Origin: a virus
Taxonomy: Duplodnaviria > Caudoviricetes
IMG/VR virus record: IMGVR_UViG_3300049448_000145
Coordinates: 1-53,681 of that record
Strand: one strand, 5' to 3'
Length of the DNA: 53,681 bases
Both the position numbers and the translations under genes were made by a program. Positions 17,832 to 25,856 of this stretch are shown piece after piece. The notes below the pieces were generated by a model. That model was not told where the DNA came from and made no database searches. It was given only the letters and a program-made list of their open reading frames with translations. Every line of letters starts with the position of its first letter. The first letter of the stretch is position 1.

Positions 17832-18037
17832 GCGACTACTGGTGGGGGCGCCCTATTGGTGAGCCCGTCCCGCACATCCGCATGCCTCGACGAATCTTCG
17901 TTGATCGAGGCGTGATGGTAATCCCCGCTGGCACGTCAAGCCGCGATGCCGTATTCGCTGTCCTCGACGCTCTTGGCGATGGTGAGCAGTTTGTGATTCG
18001 CGATGAGCGACGCCCGGCACGAAGGGGGACGCCATGA
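17828..18037 (+). CDS. Hypothetical protein
   Basis: ATGA coupling. Confidence 0.5.
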   Translation: MSDYWWGRPIGEPVPHIRMPRRIFVDRGVMVIPAGTSSRDAVFAVLDALGDGEQFVIRDERRPARRGTP

Positions 18038-18276
18038 GTGACCCGCATCCAGAAGACTTCGCGGTCAACCTGTACTTCGAGGCGATGGACCGGCTCAAGG
18101 CCGACCTCGCCACCCTGCGCGCCACTCACGCCCGTGCGATGGAATTGCTGGAACGCTCCGCCAAGGTCATGCGCGAGTGGACCGGATACGACGTGTGGAA
18201 GCCGCTGCACGACGAAATCGCCGCCTTCCTCACCCCGCTCCCGCCAACAGCCCAACCCGCCCCAGGTAAGCCGTGA
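18034..18276 (+). CDS. Hypothetical protein
   Basis: AAGGGGG RBS, ATGA coupling. Confidence 0.55.
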   Translation: MSDPHPEDFAVNLYFEAMDRLKADLATLRATHARAMELLERSAKVMREWTGYDVWKPLHDEIAAFLTPLPPTAQPAPGKP

Positions 18277-18545
18277 GGGAGCGTCCCGTTTCGATCGCGC
18301 TGGCGTACGACTGGAGCGAGGTCTTTGCCTGGATGGTCCGGGAGCTCCGACGGCGGCGCGGTGATCCGATGTCGCCACCGCCGCGGCCGAAGGTCCACGT
18401 GCTCGAGGCCGACAGCGCGGGCGGCGTGCACGAACGGATCAGCGACCAACCGGCGGGCGTCTGGTCAACGTGGGATCAGGATTGGTTGCCGGCTCGAGTA
18501 ACGCAAGCAAAAGGGAATCGCAAAGCAGGACGGAAATCCAGGTAA
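18273..18545 (+). CDS. Hypothetical protein
   Basis: GTGA coupling. Confidence 0.45.
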   Translation: MRERPVSIALAYDWSEVFAWMVRELRRRRGDPMSPPPRPKVHVLEADSAGGVHERISDQPAGVWSTWDQDWLPARVTQAKGNRKAGRKSR

Positions 18546-18624
18546 GCACGGTTACGAAACCATTCGGTCGGGAACGGATCGCCCGGCCTCAGCCGCACCA
18601 CTGCTTTCCGGGGGGAATTGCAGC

Positions 18625-18738
18625 ATGGGTCACGGTTTCATCACCGACCGTTTCAATGGTCACGCTGAACGTCTGAGCGCCCACGAATATCTGACGCGCA
18701 CATTCGGGGTTTTCCCCGAAACTGGGCGCGTCAAATGA
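18625..18738 (+). CDS. 37-aa leader ORF coupled to the integrase (not in ORF track)
   Basis: GGGGGA RBS; MGHGFITDRF...ETGRVK; stop overlaps integrase ATG (ATGA). Confidence 0.45.
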   Translation: MGHGFITDRFNGHAERLSAHEYLTRTFGVFPETGRVK

Positions 18739-19706
18739 CGGCGGAGCCGGCGAGGATCAAGGTGCGCGAGATGTTTGAGCGCTGGGAAAAGGTCCGCAAG
18801 TTCACGCGATCGTGGCGACTGGAGCGCGCGCGGCTGGAGCCGTTCGTGCGCCTGGCCGGTCACCGCTGGGCCGACGAGATCACACCCGACGCGTGGTCGG
18901 ACCTCAGGTCAATTCGGATGTATGAGGCAAGCCCGCGCACGGGAAAGAGAGTCTCGGCCGCTACGCTCGACACTGAGCTTTTGCGAGCGAAGCAGATGTA
19001 TCGGTGGGCCATCGTCGCAGGCGTTCTCGGCAACAACCCGATCGCCGCCGCTCAAGGCGCTGGAGTTCGTACCGCGCGCGAAACCTGGCTCACCTGGGAG
19101 CAGGTTGAGACGCTGCTACATACGGCTCGCCCGAATCCGTTCCTTCACGCCGGTATTCTCGTCGCCGTCTCGACCGGGTTGCGCATCTCCGAGATGCTCA
19201 CGCTGCGGCACGACCGGATCGCAGGCAACGGCCAGCTCACCATCAACAGCGCCCAGACCAAGAGCAAGCGAAAGCGAATCGTGGCGCTCACCCCGCGCGC
19301 CTTGGAGTACGTCAACGCGCTCCCACGTCACGGGGCCTCGCCGTTCGTGTTCTGGAGCAAGCAGACGGGCCGTGCGCTGCACCCGAGCACGATCGAACTG
19401 TGGTTCCGCGCCGCGGTGGAGAAGTGCGGCCTGGACGCGGTCTGCGCGTTTGGCGACAAGCGACTGCGGTGGCACGACCTGAGACACACGCACGCCAGCC
19501 TGGCCGACGCTGCGGGTATCAGCCTCAAGAGCCTCCGGGACCAGCTTGGTCACGCCGACAGCCGGACGACCGAGCGGTATATGCATCGCGAGCAGGAAGA
19601 CCGCGCGCTTGAGATCGCCGCCGCAATGGATCGGCGGCCGGCGAAGAAGGCGCCCGCAACTAGTGAAAGCGAAAGCACTTCAAAGAAACTGGAAAACTAT
19701 TCTTGA
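18735..19706 (+). CDS. int: Tyrosine recombinase / integrase
   Basis: Full catalytic set: TGLRISE (R), QTKSKR (K), WHDLRHT (HxxR), LGHAD (H), TERY (Y). Confidence 0.93.
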   Translation: MTAEPARIKVREMFERWEKVRKFTRSWRLERARLEPFVRLAGHRWADEITPDAWSDLRSIRMYEASPRTGKRVSAATLDTELLRAKQMYRWAIVAGVLGNNPIAAAQGAGVRTARETWLTWEQVETLLHTARPNPFLHAGILVAVSTGLRISEMLTLRHDRIAGNGQLTINSAQTKSKRKRIVALTPRALEYVNALPRHGASPFVFWSKQTGRALHPSTIELWFRAAVEKCGLDAVCAFGDKRLRWHDLRHTHASLADAAGISLKSLRDQLGHADSRTTERYMHREQEDRALEIAAAMDRRPAKKAPATSESESTSKKLENYS

Positions 19707-19754
19707 CGGTCGAGGTCGTTTGGTAGCACATGAACGTCGGGCATCATGGGAACT

Positions 19755-19848
19755 GAGCGACAGAGTCGGACGACGAGCGCCGCCGCCTTCATGGTGCCCA
19801 ACCTGCGGATTGCTGTGTTCGTCGTTCGTCTCTAGCGCTCGTTTTTTT
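19755..19848 (+). terminator. Long-stem intrinsic terminator / attenuator
   Basis: 19755-19780 pairs with 19815-19840 (23 of 26 pairs including G-U), followed by G and T7. Confidence 0.65.
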
Positions 19849-19866
19849 GTGAGAGGAGTCCTGGAC

Positions 19867-20061
19867 ATGCCGCACTTGTCGAGAACAGGCGACGCAACAC
19901 GCCGACGCAAAGGGGTTATCGCAAATTCAGGAGTAACCCCTAGGCCTACACGGCCGGGACTGAAGGTGGTCACGGCCCTCCGCGCCGGCGGCATCGACTG
20001 GGGCCAGCACAAGGGCGCGCACGGGAAGCTCAAGGCGCTGGTCGCGGGGCGGGCGTCGTGA
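19867..20061 (+). CDS. Small basic hypothetical protein
   Basis: GAGGAG RBS; GTGA coupling to next gene. Confidence 0.45.
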   Translation: MPHLSRTGDATRRRKGVIANSGVTPRPTRPGLKVVTALRAGGIDWGQHKGAHGKLKALVAGRAS

Positions 20062-20276
20062 AGCGCCTCGTCTTCCACGGCGAGGCCAACGTCGTCAGGT
20101 TCACGCCGACGGCCGACGGCGGTCTTGACGTTGACATCTTTCAGCGTGACGGGCTGTCGGGTGTGACGCTGGAACCCGCCGAGCGGGCCGAACTTGCGCG
20201 GGAGCTGGCCAAGCCGGTGAAGCGAAAGGCGGGCAAGAAGCTGGCTCGAAACGCTCGCCTCCAAGGTCAGACGTGA
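20058..20276 (+). CDS. Hypothetical protein
   Basis: Coupled ORF. Confidence 0.5.
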   Translation: MKRLVFHGEANVVRFTPTADGGLDVDIFQRDGLSGVTLEPAERAELARELAKPVKRKAGKKLARNARLQGQT

Positions 20277-20827
20277 ACGGCGAGCCGATCCGTCCCTGCC
20301 CGAAGCTGATGAAAGTCGAGCGCGAGCCGCGCCGGCTGCAGCATATGTCCGCCAAGCGCGCAGCCCGCATCGCCGCGGGCGAGGAACGCCACGGCATGAA
20401 GCGCTCGTTCATGGTGCCGAAGGCGCCGCGGCGCCTGTCACATCCAGACTACGACGCTGGCCGCGAGGAATATGCACGCCGCCAGATGTGTGTTGGCCTC
20501 GCCGCCTTTCCCGCTCACGTCTGCGTCGGCGTCAACGAGGCGAGCCACGAGCGCAACCCGCAAGGCGGCATGCCGACGGGGACAGGTCGCAAGGAACCGT
20601 CGCGGCTGACGGTGCCTAAGTGCTCGCAACTTCACCGCGACTGGACCCGCACCGAGGGGCCGTTCGAAGGCTGGCCGAACGACGCCCGCCACGAATGGAT
20701 GCTGGCGCGCACTGACGAGACCAATGTCGGCTGGGACGCGCTGCCGACGGAACAGAAGGATTGGTACCGAGGGCAGGCCGGGATCCGAAAGGCGCAGTAC
20801 CGCGAAGCGATGCGAGGGCTCGGATGA
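20273..20827 (+). CDS. His/Cys (HNH-like) protein
   Basis: C...EASH...GTGRK...VPKCSQLH pattern. Confidence 0.5.
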   Translation: MNGEPIRPCPKLMKVEREPRRLQHMSAKRAARIAAGEERHGMKRSFMVPKAPRRLSHPDYDAGREEYARRQMCVGLAAFPAHVCVGVNEASHERNPQGGMPTGTGRKEPSRLTVPKCSQLHRDWTRTEGPFEGWPNDARHEWMLARTDETNVGWDALPTEQKDWYRGQAGIRKAQYREAMRGLG

Positions 20828-21002
20828 TGCCCTGCCAGTACATCACCAAGCGGTCTTCGGCTGGTCGCAAGTGCGTGAAGGTTGTCCGGTGCTGCGCGCC
20901 GGGTAAGCGGGCCGGGGGGCAACGTGCTTTGCGCTGACCACTTTCCCAAGGTGGTTGGATGACCACCGGCGCTACCGCACGGAAACCGAAGTCGGTGCGC
21001 GC

Positions 21003-21509
21003 GTGACCCTACCTCTCGACGTCGAGCTGGCCGAAACGTTCGCCTTCCACTGGAACGATCGCCTCGCCCACCTGCCCGCCTCCGAGCGTCTCCCCGCCGT
21101 CATGGCTGTCATCCGCCGGGCCCTAGTGCCGGGTTCCGATGAAGGCACCGCCCCAGGCCGCAGGCGAGGCACAGCGACGAGCAAGGACCGGGAGGCTCTC
21201 AAGCTGCGTCCCGCCGTCGAACGCCTCTCCCTGGCTCTCGGGTACAGCTACGAGGCCATCTGTGCGGACGACCGGAGCGCCGGGGTTAAGGACGCGAGAC
21301 ACCGGGTTGTCTGGGCCCTGTGCCGGGTCCTTGGGGCGAGTAGGACGATGTGCGGCCTAGCCGTCGGTGGGCGGGATCACTCGACGGCGATCCACTCGAT
21401 TCGGATCGTCGACAAGCTGGTAGCGGGACAGCCCGAGCTCGCGGAATTCCTGACGGCGGTGGCGCGCGGCGACGAGATGGCGCTGCGGCGGATGAGGGCG
21501 GTCGGATGA
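21003..21509 (+). CDS. DnaA C-terminal (domain IV)-like HTH protein
   Basis: DRSAGVKDARHRVVW...GGRDHSTAIHSIR signature. Confidence 0.78.
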   Translation: MTLPLDVELAETFAFHWNDRLAHLPASERLPAVMAVIRRALVPGSDEGTAPGRRRGTATSKDREALKLRPAVERLSLALGYSYEAICADDRSAGVKDARHRVVWALCRVLGASRTMCGLAVGGRDHSTAIHSIRIVDKLVAGQPELAEFLTAVARGDEMALRRMRAVG

Positions 21510-22072
21510 TGGCGTTCTCTTCTTACGTTGAGATGCTGAAGGATCCCCGCTGGCAAAAGCGGCGCCTGGACATCTTGAATCGCGATGAGTTCACGTGCAC
21601 CGAATGCGGCTGCACAACCAAGACATTGCACGTTCATCATCGCTACTACCTGCGCGGGAAGAAGCCATGGGAGTACGACGACGACGCTCTTACGACGCTC
21701 TGTGAAGATTGCCACGACGTCATCACAGAGATCACCGGATCGCTGAAGCCTCAACTTGGACGGTTGAGTTCTGTCCAGCTGGCGGCGGTGTCCGGCTTTG
21801 CGCTGGGAGTCGAACTTTCTGGGCTCATGTTCACCGGCCCTTTGAAGGCTTCGATTGCGGTGCCGTTCGCTGCTGATTCCCTGGAGGCTTCTGGGCTCGC
21901 GGCTGGATTGGGGATTTCGCGCGACGATATCGATGCCCTGGCAGGCCGCGGTCCGCTGACGGCGGAAGGCATCATCGAGCTGGCTGAAACTCGCGCGCAG
22001 GATCACGCGCGCCGGCTGATCGAACACGGTCGTTTCTCTGTTGAGGGGTACTACGAGGACACGCTTTCGTGA
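21506..22072 (+). CDS. HNH endonuclease-domain protein
   Basis: DPRWQKRR...CTECG...LHVHH...LTTLCEDCH. Confidence 0.82.
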   Translation: MMAFSSYVEMLKDPRWQKRRLDILNRDEFTCTECGCTTKTLHVHHRYYLRGKKPWEYDDDALTTLCEDCHDVITEITGSLKPQLGRLSSVQLAAVSGFALGVELSGLMFTGPLKASIAVPFAADSLEASGLAAGLGISRDDIDALAGRGPLTAEGIIELAETRAQDHARRLIEHGRFSVEGYYEDTLS

Positions 22073-23028
22073 GCGAAAAGGTCGATATCTTCATGCCGAT
22101 CTACATCGCCGACTACCTCTCGGACACGAACGAGTTGTCCGCCGAGGAACATGGCGCTTACCTGCTGCTGCTGATGGCGGCGTGGAAGCGCGGCGGCCGC
22201 CTGCCGACGGACTCGCTTCGCCTGCAACGCCTCGCGATGGTGCCAGAGAAGCGGTGGCAGCGCGTGTGGGGGATGATCGCGCGGTTCTTTAGTCTGGACG
22301 GTGACGCCCTAGTGCAGCACCGTCTCAACCGGGAACTGGCCAAGGCGATGTCGCGACGCGAGTCGGCATCGGCCAACGGGCGTAGGAGCGCGGAGGCAAG
22401 GCGCGTTCAACGGAGCGACCAACCGACCGACAACGGGCGTTCAACGGGCGTTGGAACGGCCGTTACCACGCCCGTAGGAACAACCGGGGCAACGGAAAGG
22501 TCAACGGAACCTCAACGGAATTCCAACTCTTCACCTTCAGGATCTCTCTCTCTGATCTCGGAGCAATCCGATCCGGATCAGACGCCCGCGCAAAGCAAGG
22601 TAAGGGCCAAGTGGACGGCGGCGGAGTGGCTCAAGCGGTTCGGCGCTGCATGGATCGCGAAGTATGGCGGCTTGGCCTATGGCGGCGGCGACGCAGCGGC
22701 GCGCGCTGGTGGGCAGCTCCGCGACATCATCGACGCCCTCCCGGAATCCGACGTCCTGGCCGCGCAGGCTCGCGCTGGGGTGATGATCGCCGAATTCATG
22801 GGGGACATGTCCCCGAGGGTGGTAGCGGCCCGGCACCCGTTCGCGTTCTTCGTCACCGCGTTCACCGGCCTTCGGGTTCCGCGCATCGCGGCGAAGCCCC
22901 CGGCGCCGCCCTGGATCACAGCCGACCGTGATCGAGATCAGCGCGCCTCAGCCGAGCGCGCAGAGAGTCGGATTGCCCTCGCGAAACTCACCGCCGAGCT
23001 GGCGGAAGGAAAGGCAGTGGCACGATGA
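22069..23028 (+). CDS. DUF1376/YdaU-like replication initiator
   Basis: FMPIYIADYLSDTNELSAEEHGAYLLLLMAAW N-terminus; low-complexity linker carrying DNA repeats. Confidence 0.82.
   Translation: MSEKVDIFMPIYIADYLSDTNELSAEEHGAYLLLLMAAWKRGGRLPTDSLRLQRLAMVPEKRWQRVWGMIARFFSLDGDALVQHRLNRELAKAMSRRESASANGRRSAEARRVQRSDQPTDNGRSTGVGTAVTTPVGTTGATERSTEPQRNSNSSPSGSLSLISEQSDPDQTPAQSKVRAKWTAAEWLKRFGAAWIAKYGGLAYGGGDAAARAGGQLRDIIDALPESDVLAAQARAGVMIAEFMGDMSPRVVAARHPFAFFVTAFTGLRVPRIAAKPPAPPWITADRDRDQRASAERAESRIALAKLTAELAEGKAVAR
22374..22520 (+). repeat. Iteron-like CAACGG repeats (candidate origin)
   Basis: CAACGG at 22374, 22408, 22431, 22442, 22490, 22502, 22513. Confidence 0.55.
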
Positions 23029-23375
23029 GCACGGATGTCATGCAGGCGGCGCGCCGCGCGTACGACATCGCGACCCGGGGGTGGCATGAGCAGCGAGCGA
23101 ACGGCGGGATCGAACGTCTCGATCCGAGCATCCCCGAAGACAGCGACGAGCTTTCGAAGGGGGCGAAGTACAAGGCGACCACGCCAGCGGCAAAGACCGT
23201 GCTGGGCGTCTGGCAGAAGTGCAAAGCCGAGCTGGACGCCGCCGCGGCGAATCACCGGCGGTCGCTGGGCGACGAATCGTGTCCGACGTGCCCGAAGAAG
23301 GACGAGAAATGGATCGCGCCCGAGCCCGATCGCCGGCTGCCCCCGGAGCGCGACGACGCGGAGATCAGCCCGTGA
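23025..23375 (+). CDS. Hypothetical protein
   Basis: ATGA coupling. Confidence 0.55.
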   Translation: MSTDVMQAARRAYDIATRGWHEQRANGGIERLDPSIPEDSDELSKGAKYKATTPAAKTVLGVWQKCKAELDAAAANHRRSLGDESCPTCPKKDEKWIAPEPDRRLPPERDDAEISP

Positions 23376-23575
23376 AGCTCACGATCGTGGCGAAGGTCGT
23401 CATCGACGAAAGCGAGATTCGCGGACGCGAGGTCAGCATCGAACCGCGGCGGATCTTACGCGACCCGCACCAGCACCAGATCACGCAGATCGTCGCGTCG
23501 ATGATCGACGACGTGCAGGAAGACGGCGGCGATCTGGTGTGCTTCGACATCGAGACGGACGAGGCGATCGCGTGA
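23372..23575 (+). CDS. Hypothetical protein
   Basis: GTGA coupling. Confidence 0.5.
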   Translation: MKLTIVAKVVIDESEIRGREVSIEPRRILRDPHQHQITQIVASMIDDVQEDGGDLVCFDIETDEAIA

Positions 23576-23687
23576 CCCGCGCGCAGATCCTCCTCCACGT
23601 GACGGCATACCGCCGCCCTCCCCGGTTGGGGCGGTGGGCCGTGGTTGCTGCTCTCGTGCTGGCCGTCGGGGCTTGGTGGGTGGGGCC

Positions 23688-24221
23688 GTGAACGCTCCGC
23701 GAAAGATGCCGCGTCAGCGCCCCGGCAAGTCCGAGCAGGACGTCGGCACGCCGCCCGCGTTCGTCACCGCAGCGTCGGCCTACGTCGGCGGCGCGATCGC
23801 CTGGGACCTGGCGGCGACGCAGCACAACCGCGTGACGTATCGCTACCTTGGGCCGTCGTCGACCGCCGGAGAAGATGCTCTCGCTGTCTCCTGGCATCGC
23901 CTCCCGCGCAAGCCGGGCGAGTGGTTGTGGCTCAATCCTCCCTTCGGAAACATCGCACCGTGGGCGGCGAAGTGCGCGGCAGAAGCGTGGCTGGGCGCGC
24001 CGATCTTGCTGCTAGTTCCGGCTGCAGTCGGTAGCAACTGGTTCAACGACTACGTGTTCGGGAAGGCCGATGTGATGGCGTTCCGGCCGCGCCTGACGTT
24101 CGTCGGACAGGAAGATCCGTATCCGAAGGACTGCGTTTTGTGCGTGTTCCGCCCTGGCGCCGTGCCGCTGCAGCCGTTCATGACGTGGAAGTGGGACGCG
24201 AGTATGGAGGCGGCTGCGTGA
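23688..24221 (+). CDS. Phage DNA N6-adenine methyltransferase (Dam-type)
   Basis: GTPP, WDLAA, EDAL..SW, WLNPPF, LLVPA, RLTF motifs. Confidence 0.87.
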   Translation: MNAPRKMPRQRPGKSEQDVGTPPAFVTAASAYVGGAIAWDLAATQHNRVTYRYLGPSSTAGEDALAVSWHRLPRKPGEWLWLNPPFGNIAPWAAKCAAEAWLGAPILLLVPAAVGSNWFNDYVFGKADVMAFRPRLTFVGQEDPYPKDCVLCVFRPGAVPLQPFMTWKWDASMEAAA

Positions 24222-24712
24222 GATCTCCCAGGGTCCCGATCGAGCTTCGGTTTTGGCCGAAGGTAAACAAGAACGGTCCGATCTTGCGTCCGGAATTGGG
24301 TCCGTGCTGGGTTTGGACTGCGAGCATCAAGGGCAATGGGTATGGAAAGATCGGCGCGGGCGGTGCCGGGAGCGGATGGCTACATGCGCACCGCGTGTCG
24401 TGGAAATTGGCCAATGGACCGATCCCGGACGGGCTTCAAGTACTCCACCGCTGCGACAATCGTCCGTGCGTGCGCCCGGATCATCTGTTCCTGGGGACAG
24501 CGCTCGACAATCAGGCCGATTGCGTCGCGAAGGGAAGGAAACGGCTTGGTTCACGTGTGGTCGGGTCGAAGATCACAGAGGCGGATGTCATCGACATCAG
24601 ATCGCTGCATGCGTTTGGCGCTACGCACGCCGCTTTAGGCGCTGCGTATGGGGTCTCTGACAGCGTTCCGAGGTCGATCATTAAGGGAACAACGTGGGCG
24701 TGGCTGCGATGA
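24218..24712 (+). CDS. HNH homing endonuclease
   Basis: CWVWTA...GYG...AHRVSW...VLHRCDNRPCVRPDHLFLGT..DN. Confidence 0.9.
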   Translation: MRSPRVPIELRFWPKVNKNGPILRPELGPCWVWTASIKGNGYGKIGAGGAGSGWLHAHRVSWKLANGPIPDGLQVLHRCDNRPCVRPDHLFLGTALDNQADCVAKGRKRLGSRVVGSKITEADVIDIRSLHAFGATHAALGAAYGVSDSVPRSIIKGTTWAWLR

Positions 24713-24987
24713 GATTGTGGTTTCTCACCCGCCGCGCCGCTCCATCGCCCCTCTTCGAGTTGCGCGCGCTCGCCCACGACCCGATCTTGCGCGACTGGCG
24801 GGAGGAAGCCCCGCGCATCCTCGCCGCCTCCTGGCTCGGGGCTGAGGCTCTCGTCCCTCGTGGACTGGCAAAGCTGAGCATCGGGGAAGACGGGGCGTGG
24901 TGGGGACCGAAGGAATTCGCCGCGGCACAGCCACGAGAACGGATGGCGTCGATGCCGGTGAGAATCTTGGAAGGGAGCGTCGCCTGA
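24709..24987 (+). CDS. Hypothetical protein
   Basis: ATGA coupling. Confidence 0.45.
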   Translation: MRLWFLTRRAAPSPLFELRALAHDPILRDWREEAPRILAASWLGAEALVPRGLAKLSIGEDGAWWGPKEFAAAQPRERMASMPVRILEGSVA

Positions 24988-25472
24988 TGTGCGCGAGCGA
25001 CTTCGACGCGGCCGAGGTTTTCAGCCAGACGCGCGTCCGCCGCGGGCGTGTTGCGCGGAAGTGCTACGAGTGCGATCTGCCGATCCCGATCGGCGCGCCG
25101 TACATCCGCACGTTCATGGTGTACGAAGGCGACGCCGACACGTATTCGGTTCACGTTGAGTGCGACGCGATCGCCGACTTCGTTCGCGACCACATTTGCC
25201 GCGTCGAGCACGACGAACTGCAGGCTCGGAGGAAGCCGCAGCACCGAGAGCGCTTCGACGGCATGATCCTGATGGGCGGGTTGGGCGAGGAGATCTGGCA
25301 GCTCACGGAATATTGGTGGCAACTCACCGCCGACGATGCTGCGGAAGTTCGCGCGCTCGGGTTCGACGTCGATGACGACGGCGACGGGGATGTGACCGCG
25401 AGCCCGGCGCAGGTCGCGGAATGGATATGGGACATCGTTCGCGATTCCTATCGGCCGGCGGTGGCAGCGTGA
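24987..25472 (+). CDS. Zinc-binding hypothetical protein
   Basis: RKCYECDLPI..G..Y...HVEC. Confidence 0.6.
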   Translation: MCASDFDAAEVFSQTRVRRGRVARKCYECDLPIPIGAPYIRTFMVYEGDADTYSVHVECDAIADFVRDHICRVEHDELQARRKPQHRERFDGMILMGGLGEEIWQLTEYWWQLTADDAAEVRALGFDVDDDGDGDVTASPAQVAEWIWDIVRDSYRPAVAA

Positions 25473-25639
25473 CGAAGTTCGTCCGCGCCCGCAACGACGT
25501 CGTGTTCCTCGATCGCCAGCAGCTCGCCACCCGCAACGCTGCCGACGCATCCCGTGAACGAAGAGCAAAGAAGCTTCGAGAGCAAGAGGCCGAGCAGTGG
25601 ATCGCCGAGGTGCGGGCGAGAACGGCGGCGGCGAAGTGA
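25469..25639 (+). CDS. Small hypothetical protein
   Basis: GTGA coupling. Confidence 0.45.
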   Translation: MTKFVRARNDVVFLDRQQLATRNAADASRERRAKKLREQEAEQWIAEVRARTAAAK

Positions 25640-25645
25640 AACCAA

Positions 25646-25753
25646 CGGGCCGTGGCGGCAATGGAAAGTCGCACCGTACACCGGCGCGCGGGAACGGGTC
25701 CGGGTCGCTCCCGGGTACCGCCGCGCTTGTAGGTTCGAATCCTGCCGGCCCGA
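25646..25753 (+). ncRNA. tRNA-like RNA with aberrant anticodon and variable region
   Basis: 7-bp acceptor stem CGGGCCG/CGGCCCG, T8, D-stem GCGG/TCGC with GG in loop, T-arm GTAGG-TTCGAAT-CCTGC; intergenic. Confidence 0.7.
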
Positions 25754-25856
25754 CTGTGCCGCCGGCGATCTGGCTCGGCGTCCCGCCGCCCCGGTGCACG
25801 CGGACGCCGCCGTGTGGCTGGTGCTGGTACTGCGAAATTTATGCGGTGCAGACGTC

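Noticed and set aside
20408-20418. Second TTCATGGTGCC matching the loop of the 19.7-kb RNA switch
   Set aside because: Same orientation as the loop, so not an antisense target; coding and only 11 bp
25646-25753. tRNA-like RNA as a UGA suppressor or tRNA-Sec explaining the 53449 TGA
   Set aside because: No TCA anticodon in a 7-nt loop; acceptor stem is 7 bp; nothing in the sequence links the two
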